This document shows positions 27,096-52,044 of a stretch of 64,000 nucleotides of DNA, one piece after another. How positions within the stretch are numbered: the first letter of the stretch is position 1; each line of letters opens with the position of its first letter. This stretch comes from Amoebidium appalachense (taxonomy: Eukaryota > Protista > Ichthyosporea): NCBI GenBank assembly GCA_963693365.1, contig CAVNZM010000006.1, forward strand, positions 10,171,355 to 10,235,354. Direction: 5' to 3'. Under the pieces are notes generated by a model. That model was not told where the DNA came from. It ran no database searches and was given only the letters and a program-made list of their open reading frames with translations. A program made the position numbers and the translations under genes.

Positions 27096-27525
27096 AGGTG
27101 GTGTTCGGTATTGTTAGTTTATTTTTTATTTTTTATTTTTTTTTTTGGGGGGGGGGGGGGGTGGAAGAGGGGGGGGGTTATGGGTTTTCTTTCCTTAAAA
27201 GCTGACCTGCTAAATGGAATAGACGACGGAAATGGGGTATAGAAGACAGTGTTGGTGAAGGAAACATAAATTGTGGCCGGCAATGTAGGGGGGGGGGAGG
27301 GGGGAGGGGGCAAAGTCTGTTTCACGGACCCAGTCGAATGATACTTTCATGTGTTGTGACTGACGCATGGCACTTGGTTGGGCCACAGAGTGCCAAGGAC
27401 AGCAAGAAGGACATCCTGGCGGCATTCAATCTGTTCGATGACGACCACACAGGTGCGTGTGCTGCATCGAGTGCCCGTGTGTCTGTAACAAGGAGGATAG
27501 CATATTGTATCTGCCATCCCTCCCC

Positions 27526-27562
<37 letters not shown>

Positions 27563-27668
27563 TGGTACAAGTGTGTGTGTGTTGGGGTTGGGGGGCAGAT
27601 GGGGGGGAGGGGGGGTAGCTCTACTACACATGCAAAGACCAGGAGGGGTTGGAAGGGTGGGTGGGTGT

Positions 27669-27711
<43 letters not shown>

Positions 27712-27773
27712 TGGAGAAGAACACGTTAAGTGAAGAAATAAATGTGGAGCGAGAATTTTCTTTGTCTTCGTCG

Positions 27774-27821
<48 letters not shown>

Positions 27822-28549
27822 TGGTGGTGGTGGTAGTGGTGATGGTGGTTTTGAGGAGGAGGGGGAAGGGGGGGGGGGGGGGGGGGGGGGGGAGGCATAC
27901 CATGATAAATGAGAAAGGATAGGACGAAGCATGCATGGGGAACGAATACAAACATGGTCAATGTTACTTATGGCGTTTAGAAGGGATGATGGACCAACTA
28001 ACTGACTTTGGGGCTACCTATAGGTAAGATCTCATTCAAGAATCTGAAGAGAGTGGCAAATGACTTGGGGGAGACCCTGACAGACGAGCAGTTGAGGGTA
28101 GGTGCCTCTAGTGCTTCACCTCCCCCCCCCCCCCCCCCCCCCCTCCTCTCTCTCCACCTGCTCCTCCCCACCCCACTCCACCCCATCATCCACACTCCTC
28201 ACCTCCCCCTCCTCCCCCTCCGCCCCTCCTCCCCCCCCACCCACCCACACACACACACATGCCTGTGTGTTGATGCCATGGTTTGTACTGCACGGTTGAC
28301 TTTGTTGTTTTCTATGTGTTGCTCTATTCTGCACACTCTTTCTCTTCCTCCCCCTCCCCCCCCCCCCCCTCCTCCTCCCCCCCAAAAAGAAGAAGAAGAA
28401 GAAGAAGAAGAAGAAGAAAGCAAGAGAGGAAGAAAGAAGGAAGGGGAAGAAAGAGGAACCTACCTGCGTTCCTTAAAATGACACCTTCACACAAAAGAGG
28501 GTGTGTGTGTGTGTGTGTGTGTGGTGGTGGTGGTGGTGGTGGTGGTGGT

Positions 28550-28581
<32 letters not shown>

Positions 28582-28725
28582 GGGGGAGAGAGAGAGAGTG
28601 AGGAGAGATGTGCTGACGATTTCTGTGGCCACCAGGAAATGATCCAAGAGGCGGACCGGGATGGGGACGGGGAGGTGTCTGGGATTGAGTTTTTGGATCT
28701 GATGAAGCGGGCAAACATGTACTGA
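24383..28725 (+). CDS. CETN: Centrin (four EF-hand Ca2+-binding protein), 6 exons, about 162 aa
   Basis: Exons: 24383-24385 (ATG only, ATG|gtaggt; least certain), 25783-25893, 26843-26989, 27389-27452, 28024-28097, 28636-28725 (TGA). EF-hand loops [36 protein letters not shown]. The segment [31 protein letters not shown] and the C-terminus LMKRANMY are centrin-typical. Confidence 0.92.
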
Positions 28726-29036
28726 CGCCTCCTCCTTCCACCCTTGCTTGAGGGGTGTGCAGCCACGAGCTATTTATGACACCCACCTCCTCTCCGTGTC
28801 GTGTTTGGTCTTTCGTCATTTTGAATTCTTAAGAGAGCTAACGTATGGCCTGATTGTAAGTTGTGTTGGCTCACATGTGTATAGATGTCAGTGTAGGATA
28901 TGCAACTGCACCCGTTTAGCGCCACACCATGGTCACCCACATAGAGTCCGATGATAACAACAGACTGGCACACATACACGGCCACACACATACTCTTTGT
29001 ACGCTCACACACTCACGCGTGCACCCACAAACACGT

Positions 29037-29106
<70 letters not shown>

Positions 29107-29177
29107 TCACACACGCACACACACGGTCACACACATACTGCTTGCATGCTCACACACTTGTGCACGCACAAACACGT

Positions 29178-29296
<119 letters not shown>

Positions 29297-30662
29297 CAAA
29301 AAAAAAGGGGGCATCTGTGCCCACTTTATTGCACGCGATCTATAACGTTTAAAGGTAGGGCTGCGGTATATTATCGTGCATTTCTACCGCCATGACACTA
29401 TTTGCATGAATCGCCGTAGGTCGAGTAAGATGTTGCACTGTTTCTTTCATTGTGCACATGCACACAGTGACTAGCACACAGTCAAATCATACTCGTGTGC
29501 GGGTTTTTTTAGTGCCTCCCAGATGGTTGAGGTTTAGCGAATGTTTATTCCCAATACAGTTAAACATGTTCTTTCCCTCACGTGTTGCTTATAATCCCAT
29601 CCCAATCGAATGAATAAAGACGAGATGTGATCATTCTGGTTGGCTGTGTCCCTATCGGTTCCGCCGGATGACTCGATACCCTGTTTTTGTATCTGTGTAT
29701 ATACTTCTTTTCGCTTTCGCATGTAAATCTGGCCCTAGGCCAGTACCCTGATCGATGAATCCGGAGATCCTGTATTTTGATATGCTTCTGTCGTATACCT
29801 CACGCGGAGACCGAACCCCCCCTTATATTTTGGAGGGATCGGGTCTTAAGGGGGGAGGAGGAGGAGGACTGCAGCTGGGGGTGGGGTGTGTGTGTGTATG
29901 TGACGCTGTACGTGTGTGTGTGTGTGTGTTGTGGGGGGGGGGGGGGGGGGGGGGGGGAGGGAGAACACCAAAAATATGCGTGAAGCTTGGCGCAGCGTAA
30001 ATATGACCTTAGTATACATACCATACTATAGCATCGTTTTACAGGGAGAGAGAGAGAGAGAGAGAGGAGTGTGTGTGTGTGTGTGTGTGTGTAGTGTGTG
30101 TATGTGGGTGGGGGAAGGGGGTGGGGGGCTTGGGGAGGGGGGGACTTGCAGCTCGATGACATCACAAGCACCACCTTCTTCTTGGGCCACAGCCACGAGG
30201 AAGGCCGGCTACATACTATTTATTCATATTGGTTATGCATTCATTGGATATTGAAACATACTTCAGTATCTCACATGGCTTCAAAGACAAGGCAAGAGCA
30301 TAGACAAGAGCATACAATAGCCCAAGCACGCACAGAGCAGCTATCAGCGCCCTCACAGGCAGCAGCTACCGTGCACGTCAATGTTCATTGCTAACCACCG
30401 CCCGTGGAAGAGTAAAACAATAAAAAAAGTAGGAATACCAAGCTCATACATGTAACTATATCACAGTGATAGCCCAGGGTGCATGTTGCCGGTGGCTGGG
30501 TAGCATTCATGCAGTATGTTCAACACCAAACACAGAAGCAAGCCCCAAAAGTGTATACCGTGACTATGTATGTAGCTGGTGGCTGCGTGGGACCTGGTGT
30601 TGGTGAATGCATGACATATTAGCTTAAGTGCGCGTGCGTGTGTCTACTGCGGTGTGGGTGAA

Positions 30663-30766
<104 letters not shown>

Positions 30767-30876
30767 ATGTGTCCTCCTCGAATATCCGTTCTTCCCGGGG
30801 GATCTGGCCGGAAAAAATCAGCAATTGCGGCGCTGCAGAGAGCACCCCGGCAGCCCCTCAGATCTAGGCCTTGGGG

Positions 30877-42736
<11,860 letters not shown>

Positions 42737-43314
42737 CTTCAGCTAGCCTATGAAAGAGATGTGAAACGGTTTGTCTTGTATTGTTTTACGACACACTCGT
42801 GTATGGAAGTGATACCGTGACGACCTAAGGCCTAACAGGTAGAGGAATGTGTCGCCCAGAACAAGCTATGGCTCGGTGCACCAGTGTGTGGGTGTGCTCC
42901 ATAAATGTCTCTATCATACTGCAATTCAGCTCCGTTGTACACTTACTGGTACGTAAGCCAAGGCACCTCTATCTTCCTAATGCGTCACGCGCACAGTGGC
43001 GGCAACTTGAAGTTGTTCGAGTCCACACACTGCGCAGTGGTGACTCACCAACTGACTGACCTCGAGGGCGCCAAAAGTTTAAACCCCTGATTTCCTAAAC
43101 AGGCTCCGATATGATCTGTTTGATTGGTAGAAATTGGCCGCAGCTCCTGCCGGAGCAGCCGCTTGCACAGCCAAATTTTACACGTGCACCACCACTTGTC
43201 CAACGTAGATGTAGAGAAGTGCCCGTTCTTGTGCCGTCACTCTTTATTCGCCATTTTCACACACATAACAGCTGCAGTGTTCCGGTCTCCTGTGCCTCCA
43301 TTTCACACTAGAAA
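42737..43314. promoter_or_regulatory. Bidirectional promoter, chromo-Eco1 (-) / C11orf98-like (+)
   Basis: 578 bp of repeat-free DNA between divergent ATGs, with paired ATTGG boxes at ~43123-43137. Confidence 0.6.
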
Positions 43315-44025
43315 ATGCCACCACCAGGGCCAAATCCAGGAAAGCGCAGGTCCACCATCAAAAACAAAAGCAAACAGAAGGCGGCAGCAAGGGCCGATCG
43401 CAACCGAAAGAAGAGAACCCTTGCAACAGAGTCCATCCTCGGGCTTACAGAGACACAGAAGAAGAAATTGAGAACCAACCCGAAGGCAAATGTGGCGCTG
43501 TCCAAAAAGAAGATGCGCCTGATGATGAAGAGAATGAAACAGGACCAGGAGATGGGTAGGTGGCTGCAACAGGTTCAGCTGTAGAGTCGTGTGGCGTTTC
43601 GGTGCACCTTCAACCATCTTGTTGCATGTTTTTCTGGTCCTTTTTTCTGCATCTATACAGGTGCTTCGTGTCTGTCATCATCAGGTTGAATGGTCGGTGC
43701 ACACACAACACACATATAAAGCACATGAAGTCTCTTTCCGGAGGCTGCCCCACCTGCTTATATCTGCATACAGGTTTGGGTGGTATTGTCGTTTCTGAAC
43801 CCTTCCTTGGCCCTACAGCCGACGCAGCTGCTGAGAAGGAGACGGTACAAAGAGAGGAGGGAACTATGGAAGTGGATGCCGTTCACTCTGGCACTACCCT
43901 TGGAGGTAGGTGTTTCTTTTTCACTCGAAACGAGTGTTGATTATTTGTGTAAGTTCTCAGGCAGGATGAAGCCTCGTGCAAACTTGTGCACGTGGACAAA
44001 GCCCGCTGCTATAATGTGTGTGATA

Positions 44026-44061
<36 letters not shown>

Positions 44062-44282
44062 CTGGTTGTCTGGGTGTCGTGTGTCTGTGTGGTTGTATTT
44101 TTGAGTATACATCCTCAAGCGTAGCCCAGTTGCTGTAGCTGTGCTTCTCGGTGCGATTTTGCCCCTACTGCGAGTTTCTCCCTTCCGTGTGTTTGAACAC
44201 TTTAAGTACTCTGGTTCGCTTCCTTTCTATTCTTGGTAACCCAAGTCTCACCTGTTTTGTGTGCCCAGGCCCTCAAGCATAA
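43315..44282 (+). CDS. Small basic protein, C11orf98-like (putative ribosome-biogenesis factor), 3 exons
   Basis: Exons 43315-43555, 43819-43905 and probably 44269-44282 (..GTTLGGPQA*); an alternative last acceptor lies near 43960. The protein is Lys/Arg-rich, and RTNPKANVALSKKKMRLM resembles, from memory, the ANITLSGKKRRKLL motif of the C11orf98 family. Confidence 0.7.
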
Positions 44283-44969
44283 CGGACGAGTGATCTCATG
44301 AAGATAACAACGAGCGCGTATGTGGCAGGTCTAATGACGTGGGTGTGGTGAGTGGCTTTTCTTTGCCTATTTGATAGCACACTGGAAGGTATCGGCAAGG
44401 ACCTATTTTTTTGGCATACTGTTACAAAGTCATAATATGCATACTCAGTATGGTGGGCATACATAAAACAGCACACCTTTTGGAGGTTAAGTGCTTCTGC
44501 TGAAGGTATTCTCCTGAGCACATAAAGGATTTCGTGAGCCAGGTGTTAAAATGTAGGAATCAGGCTTTGAATAGACATTTCATCCTTTTCGGCCTTTGGC
44601 CTTCTTGTGCCGGGCGGGCGCCCCGGGGGGGGGGAGGGGTCTGACGTTCCTGCCATGTCAAATGGTTTACTATTTTCAAGATTTTAGAAAACTGTTTAAA
44701 ACGTAAAAGCCAAACAACACGACGAATGGATTAATAAAAAGGGGTGGCAGGTCCACTGAATATATGGTGTGCCCAGCTTGCCTTGCTTCCCAGCCCTCCT
44801 TGGCCGTCCGTAACCCGAGTGGTTGGTTTTGTAGTTTTGTGTATGTGTGTCGTGTGTGGCCTCTTCTTGTACTTTTTTTATTCTTCATACATCATATTCG
44901 ACCCACTCGAAAGAAGCAACGAGCAACAGGGAATCTCAACTTATCGCCCCGCCCGGGTTGTGTATGTTT

Positions 44970-45000
<31 letters not shown>

Positions 45001-47046
45001 GGGGGGGGGGGTTGCTCCTGTATTGGCATATTGTATTGGTTTTTACAAACTTTGTACAAGTTGAAAGTATGGTGGCCAGGCTCACGTGCAATACCACAAT
45101 AAATATCCATATTAGACCTTTTCGTGTGCTTATTAGACTTTTCAGTGTGCTGCACGATTACATAGATTTCCTATTGATATCCCTGAGTTACAAAAGCAGG
45201 TGGCTAGGCTGTACATATGCACACTCAGGTCTTCCACACATTGGACGTGTGCCCATGCAACGATAGTATAGAAAACACACACACACACGGTCTGGTGTGC
45301 AAGTTACTCTTATCGGAGTTAGCAGCCTGGCACTTGCATAATCTAAGGTTGAAACCTTGCAAAGGCTGAACATTAGGGCACCCCAACCTTAGCATGGTGG
45401 TTGCATGTTACCTCCGCCTGAACAGTCAACGTTGATGCAGGAGCAGTTGCAGCCTGGCCGCATCAGCTGCATACACCATGGTAGGTTCCAAGTCAGGTGA
45501 GCTCTGCAGTGTCTCTGTGAGTTCACATTTACACCAATATGTACAGCACTATTGAAAGAACACTTTTGGTATATATATACTTCTATCCTGAGTCCAGATA
45601 CTGCTTCTCCTTCAAACGTTCTACCCAAAGGCCCTAATTAGCCTTGCTGCTTGCACTGTCACGACTAACATATTGGTGGATGGTAACAGGAATTCTGGAC
45701 ACACGTCAACATTTTTTTCGCCTGTCTGCTAACGGGGCTCATGTTCCACTTCACTCAGAAACAAAAATTGAAGGTAAACCCCGAGCCCGTGCACCTCCTC
45801 TGCAATAACCTCGTGCACATCCTTAGGCTTGCTCTTCAACTCCTTTCGAGTTATTGCAGGTTTTCAATGATACAATGATAGCTCTACTCACTCATCTTTT
45901 CCAGCAGGCGAATCCACGACTACAACAAGAAGAGGGAAAGAAGGAGGGCTAGGGGGCACACGGTGCGTCTCACTGCCAAGCTGGTTACTGCAGAAGTTTA
46001 AACTGGGGCGATGGGCACTCTTTTTGCTCTTAACAGTGCCTGACAGCCCCCCAGCCACCCCGACCCGTACTCTACCCCTTCTCTGTCTCTTGTCTTTCCT
46101 GCTCTATTCCGCGCTCTCTCTCTCTCTTCCCCCTTAACCCCACGGCCTTTTCTCTAACCTCCCTCCCTCCCTCCCTCCCTCTCTCCCTCCCTGCCTGCCT
46201 CCTTCCCTGCCTCCCTCCCTTTCTCCTTCTTTTTATCTCTCACTCACTCACTCTCTCTCTTTCTCTCCCTCTTGCCCCCTTCCCCTCCCCTCCTCTTCTC
46301 CTCTCTCTCGCTCACCCGCTCCCCCCCCCCCCCCCCCCCCCCGTCCCCCACTCCTTTCTATCTCTTCTCCCCCACCTTTCCTTCCTTCCCCCCCTCTCTC
46401 TCTTTCTCTCTTTGAGGCTCTCCCCCCCTCCCTCCCTTCCTCCCTCTCTTCTCTCTCTCTCTCTTCCTCTCCTTCTCCCTCCCCCCCAGCCCTCCCCCCC
46501 CCCCCCTCTCCCCCCCCCCCCCCCCCCTCCCCCCCCCCCCCCCCCCACCCACCTACCCACCCACCCACCCCCCACTCCCCACCCCACCCTTTCCCCCCTT
46601 GGACACGTGCACACATCTGGTTCCATTCTTCTCTTTCGGTTCCTGTCATACTTCATACCTGCTCCTCAAGCTTGAAACAGTGATATCCATGGGTCAAAGC
46701 TATGTGCACTTGCAATTGAGGTAGGCTCTTGAAGGGCCAGATGGATGGCGCCGGCACGGTCTGGTATATGAAGCGGCTGTGGTAATCACAAATATAGGCT
46801 GCTTAGCAGGACTGAGCACTTCAATTCTAGAACCTGAAATATACATGTACATGTACATGTGTGCATACCGTGATTCGTGTTGGCCAAGTTATTTTGTTGG
46901 TAGTTTCCTGCGTCTTGCAAATGGAACATGGATGGTAAGAGTGCCGCGTGCTCGAAGAGGGGAGGGAGGGAGGGGGAGGGAGGAGGGGGAGAGGGGGTGG
47001 GGAAAGGGGGGGGGGGGGGGGGGGGGGGGGGGGAGAGGGGGGGGAG

Positions 47047-47291
47047 GGGGGATTTGAAAGGTAGACAGCAAGCGGTACTTCAACAACGTTTTGTGCGTGG
47101 CAGGAACTGAACGTACAGGCTAAAACATGCGCTTTGGAGGAGGGGGCTTTAAAACCAGTTACAGAACAGGAAAGTACAAGAGTTTCACAACGGACAACAC
47201 AGGTGGTTTTTTGCCAAGCACACACAAGCCCAACCTCCAAAGGGGGGTTTGAATGCGGAACACGGTACGAAGTACGCATACACGATGAGAA
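47047..47291 (-). mobile_element. Degenerate copy followed in tandem by a short subfamily A copy
   Basis: GGGGGGTTTGAATGCGGAACACGGTACGAAGTACGCATACACGATGAGAAG at 47242-47291. The upstream segment ends AAGCCCAACCTCC (compare AGAGCCCATCCTC). Confidence 0.7.
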
Positions 47292-47516
47292 GGAAGACGG
47301 GAGAACTGTGCAAAGCCTTGTCTTTTCGTTTATAAAATCAGAAGCACTTTAATGATTTCACTCAGTCTCAGTAGCCTCAAGAATGGCCGATTAAAAATAC
47401 ACACTACTGCCAACACGAGTCACACGCCAGCGTGTAACTGAGGGCCAGATACATGTAACACCTCCGAGTGGTTTTAACTGTGAACATTCATAAACGTGAA
47501 AGGAGAAACAGTCTTG

Positions 47517-48473
47517 CTACGCAACCACAGTTATCATCTGCTGCATATTTTTTGCTGCCGCAGAGGCTTGACGTGACAGCGACTTGGCATCGAGCTCGCT
47601 GACAAACCAGGGTTCATCGAGGCGCGCCAAAAGTTCGTGCGCGCACACTCTTTGTGTCGGGTCGGGGTGCAGAAGTCTGTCCATGAGGCGACCAAACTGC
47701 TTGGTCAGCCCATACTTCTCCAGCTCGCCGTTAAAGACGGCACCCACGTGACCCTCTGCATGTCGCTCAACAAACTCGCGATACGAGGCATCACGGAAGG
47801 GGATACACGTTTCGAAGGGAATCTGGCACGTGAGCATCATAAAGAACACCACACCCAGAGCAAACATGTCTGCTGCCCGTCCGTCGATCTCACCGTTGCG
47901 CCTGACAAAACCCACACCCAGGGCGGCAGCCTCGGGCGCCATATACCCGTCCGTGCCCGCTGGACCGTGCACCCTACCATTGTCGTCAAGCCGTGCCGCA
48001 TCACCGAAGTCGATTAGACATAGCTCCAACATCTGAGTATCGGTAGGATTTTTGCGCTTTACTACAAAATTCTCGAGTTTGAGGTCACGGTGAGCAACTT
48101 CGGCCTCATTATGCAAGTAGCTGACCGCGGAGGCAATCTGGCACACAAGCTGCTTGAACTGCCGTGCACTCTTCATGGGCCCACGCTTCAGAACATAATC
48201 GTAAAGGTCACCGTCCTCTGCGTATGGTTGCACGAGACATACACTGGTGCCCGACTTAAGAACGTTTAGCGTTTCGATAATGTGTGGGTGGTGCACGCTG
48301 GACAGAATGTCCACTTCGTTTTGTGCTCGTTGTGAAAGACGTACACTCTTAAGCACAACTTTCTCACCCGAAACCTCATTAACGGCAACGTGTATTGTGG
48401 TGCCAACAGCGCATCCTTCGAGCTGCTTCAGAACCTTGTACCCTTCCATATCTGTAGTGCGGACATTTATCAT
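47517..48473 (-). CDS. Ser/Thr protein kinase (CAMK-like), no introns in the CDS
   Basis: 318-aa ORF with KVVLK (VAIK Lys), alphaC Glu (NEVDIL), HRDLKLEN, DFG, GTDGYMAPE, DMFALG and PDPTQR. The true start may be the ATG at 48449 (MEGYKVLK), just after a ctacag acceptor of a likely 5'UTR intron. Confidence 0.93.
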   Translation of the reverse strand: MINVRTTDMEGYKVLKQLEGCAVGTTIHVAVNEVSGEKVVLKSVRLSQRAQNEVDILSSVHHPHIIETLNVLKSGTSVCLVQPYAEDGDLYDYVLKRGPMKSARQFKQLVCQIASAVSYLHNEAEVAHRDLKLENFVVKRKNPTDTQMLELCLIDFGDAARLDDNGRVHGPAGTDGYMAPEAAALGVGFVRRNGEIDGRAADMFALGVVFFMMLTCQIPFETCIPFRDASYREFVERHAEGHVGAVFNGELEKYGLTKQFGRLMDRLLHPDPTQRVCAHELLARLDEPWFVSELDAKSLSRQASAAAKNMQQMITVVA

Positions 48474-51033
48474 ACTTTAAAGGTTATAAACTGGTGCATA
48501 GTTCAATTCAACTGCCTTCAGAAGGGGCTACACACGAATATCAATGCTAGAATTTGGAAGAAGGGTCTGCAGCAGCGCCCACCCAAAAGCACACACCGAC
48601 CAGCGGGTGCAGCTTCACGTGCCTTCGGAACAACTAGAAGTGGTGTGTGTGTGCGCAAGTGTCCGCCTACCTTTTATTTTTATATCTTTTCTATGTGGGG
48701 AAACTTCGCTGACTGGGCTTACAGGACAAACAATACTGCTATTCAGCTGACAATGCAGCTGTATTTCTCCGCGGCAAATGTGGAAGGAGCGCCCTTGGTC
48801 CAGGCTAAATAGCTGGCGCCTGAGTCGTGAAAGCAGTAACAAACGTTGCGTGATTTTGTGCCTCTCAGTGGGACCTCTGTTGCTCTGGGATGTTCGGTGG
48901 CATTTGTGCGCAATTTTAGAACATAACAAAGAGATTTTCAACAACGAAAACTAAAAAAGCATTGCTCTATATTAAATTTATAAATTATAGAACCAGACAC
49001 CAACAAACATCGTTGATCTTGCAGTCATCGCTGTTCCAGATGGCTATGTACACTGCCGGAGAACTGAGAAACAAGATGGCCAATCATACTGCGCCGCAGC
49101 GCAGATCACGTGAATCTGGAAATGCTTTTGTTGTCCCGCTTTTGGTTGGTTAAACCATTCTCCGGCAGCATTGATTGGACAAGATCTGTAAGCCTAAACC
49201 TCCTCATCAAGGGGGGTTTGAAAAACCAAGGGCGATTTTTTTTTATAGGCAATCTTGGAATCTGGAATTCTCCGACCCCGAGGTGTTCAATGATTTATTC
49301 ATGAGCTCTGCATCTAATTTAGAGGTAAACTCAAGCAATAAAATTTATATAGTATATAAACTTTCTGGTACCATTGTAATTCTCACAGGTTCAAGGAATT
49401 CTCTGTGCAAAACTTGCACACGAATTTTTTTGGCTCTTTCGAAGTCGGTTATTTTGGTGGTCATGTAGCCTGTGGCCGGCTGTACGTTGCCTTCATACCC
49501 ACTGGACCACTCGAGCTCAGTCAATAAATCCCAGTCAAGAGAAATCCCGTACTGTAGCAGTACTGGTGGTGTATGTCATCAGTGATTCCGGAGTAACGGG
49601 CTTGTGCGGGTCGGGACTCGTGAGCCATCCGTGATTCGTGAGTGACCTGGACCGTTCCATGACAGCCTCAAGTTGTACACCCATGATGAAGTTTGCTCTC
49701 CCTGAATCTGAAGGTCGTTTGACTCATGGTTCTCTGGCAAGGCTGTAATGTGGGCAATTTGATACAGTAACATGGTTATGGTACACATCTACATAATACA
49801 ATCATATATAATATAGTAGCTGGCCGCCGTTATCCTGATCTCGATTCCGGGGCGACGGTCCGGAGATGTGCATCGCCGGACCGGCAATCGCCGGCGGGTC
49901 GGGAATCGGGGGGCCCCGGCCCGGGTCCGGCCAGGCCCTGCCGAGGCGGTGCGGCATGCGCATGCGCAAGTTGTGGCCCGCGGTGACAGTCTGACTAAAA
50001 GGGAACAAAACGGGATAGACTTGAATAGAAATAAATTCAATGGTATTTGCCTAGATTGTTGGCTGGTGTATTTTGTAGCACTGTAAATCCATAAGACTTG
50101 AGGGTATGTGGGCTACGCTGTCGGAAAAGCAAACAAACAGTCAAACACCTGTCGAGCCACCTGTGGACCAGCTGACGTCGAGGCTCATGGGGCCACGGAC
50201 CGTGTGACGTTGCTATGACGTCACCAACAACTGGTCGTACGGCTGGGCCTGAGGGCTGGCTGTCAAAGCTCGAGATGGTCGGCCGCCGGGCTACGCCGTG
50301 ACATGTACAGTTGGAGTAGAGTGGGCTTCAATTGTAATGTTTTGGAAGAGAGAGAAGGAAGGGAGCTCTGAGGTAGGATGGGAGCGAGAAAAACTGAGGT
50401 AGGATGGGAGCGAGAAAAGAGGGAGTTGGAGGGAGAGAGGGAGAGAGAGAGGGAGAAAGCGAGAGAGAGAGAGGAGAGGGAGCCAGAGAGGGGGAGAGAA
50501 GGAGGGGGTGACTAGGGAAACGGAGTGGCAGGAAAGTAAGAGGAGGGGAGGCGGGGGGAGAGGGAGAGGGAGGGAGGCACTTAAAGAGGGAGGGGGCGGG
50601 GAGGGGGGAGAGGGGAGAGGGGGAGGGAGGGAGGGAAGGAGGGAGAGGATAGAGTGGGAAAGAGGGGGGAGGGGGGGGGGGGGGGGGGGCGGGGAGAAAG
50701 CGAGAGAGTTTGGAGGGAGAGAGGAAAAGATCTGGGGAGGGAAGGGGGGGGGCTGATGGACACAGGGAGAAGAGGGAGAGGAGATGGGATTCTGAAGTGG
50801 TGAAGCATCTCAGAGAGTTTGCAGCCTTTCCCTGAGATAGACGGGGAGAAAGCTTCAGAGAAAGGGGGAAAACGAGATGAGCAACCAGGTGCACAATGCG
50901 CAGCCTAAAGTAAACTTTTCAAGGCGATCAAACAGGCACGTTTGCACAAGAACCGGAGGGGTTCAAACACTGGCAAACAGGTACGCTAAGAGGAGGACCG
51001 AAGGAATTCAACGGAAGGTTGCATACAGGCTTG

Positions 51034-51089
<56 letters not shown>

Positions 51090-51172
51090 GCACACACACA
51101 CAAACACGCACGCACACACACACACACACGTGACACACATAAACAACACGCATAGATGTACACGTACACGGT

Positions 51173-51232
<60 letters not shown>

Positions 51233-52044
51233 GCACACACACGCACGCACGAATGCACACCGGCACTCTCACCGGCACCTACCTTACAACACACACTTTT
51301 GCACGCACATGCCTGCAACACAGAAGTCTATTGATGTGACACACACACACACACACCTGCTAACTCACAATATATGCATGCAGCCTCAATTCACTATATA
51401 CAGACGCACACGCTTGAAATGTCACACACACACACACGTATACATACATACGTCACTAAACATGTATCTAGATAGCCAACAGCAAGATTTGTATCGTAGT
51501 ATGTAAAGGATGACGGTCACCCACTCCCTACGGACACGCACCCACGTGTTAACGTGTACACGCGTACACGCGGGCACCCGGTCACGGTATGCATTCACTC
51601 ATGGCACGTGAGCGCATGCACACACGCCAGCACGCACACACACACACGCACGCAAGTGACTGCACATTCAAACTTTCATTGTTCAAATAGTGACCGCACG
51701 CTCACATCCTCACACACGCACAAACACACTGGCGCAAGCACGAGTGCTCCGAACGCTACAGTCACTGACTCAAAGGCACAGGCGAATGTACGCATGCATG
51801 TACACAAACGCACTGCGAGCTCAATGTGACAATCGCAAATATGGCACACACAACTTGCGCCATAATACAGCTACAACAAGAGCACGCAGTGCCGCACACA
51901 CCTCTACGTAGACACACATACACACTGCAGTGTCGCCTCTTGAATGTCTCCTCTGTATGTACAGCTTTGGCACCGACCGAGCTCGAGTCTGTCACACGGC
52001 CCTCTGAACACTGTTTTCAGAGGGCCATGGTCTCTCACCACTGT

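Noticed and set aside
30140-30215. GC-rich exon-like segment downstream of Eco1
   Set aside because: Eco1 already ends at the TGA at 30879-30877 after the conserved FLVY. No consistent splice path or homology was found for this segment.
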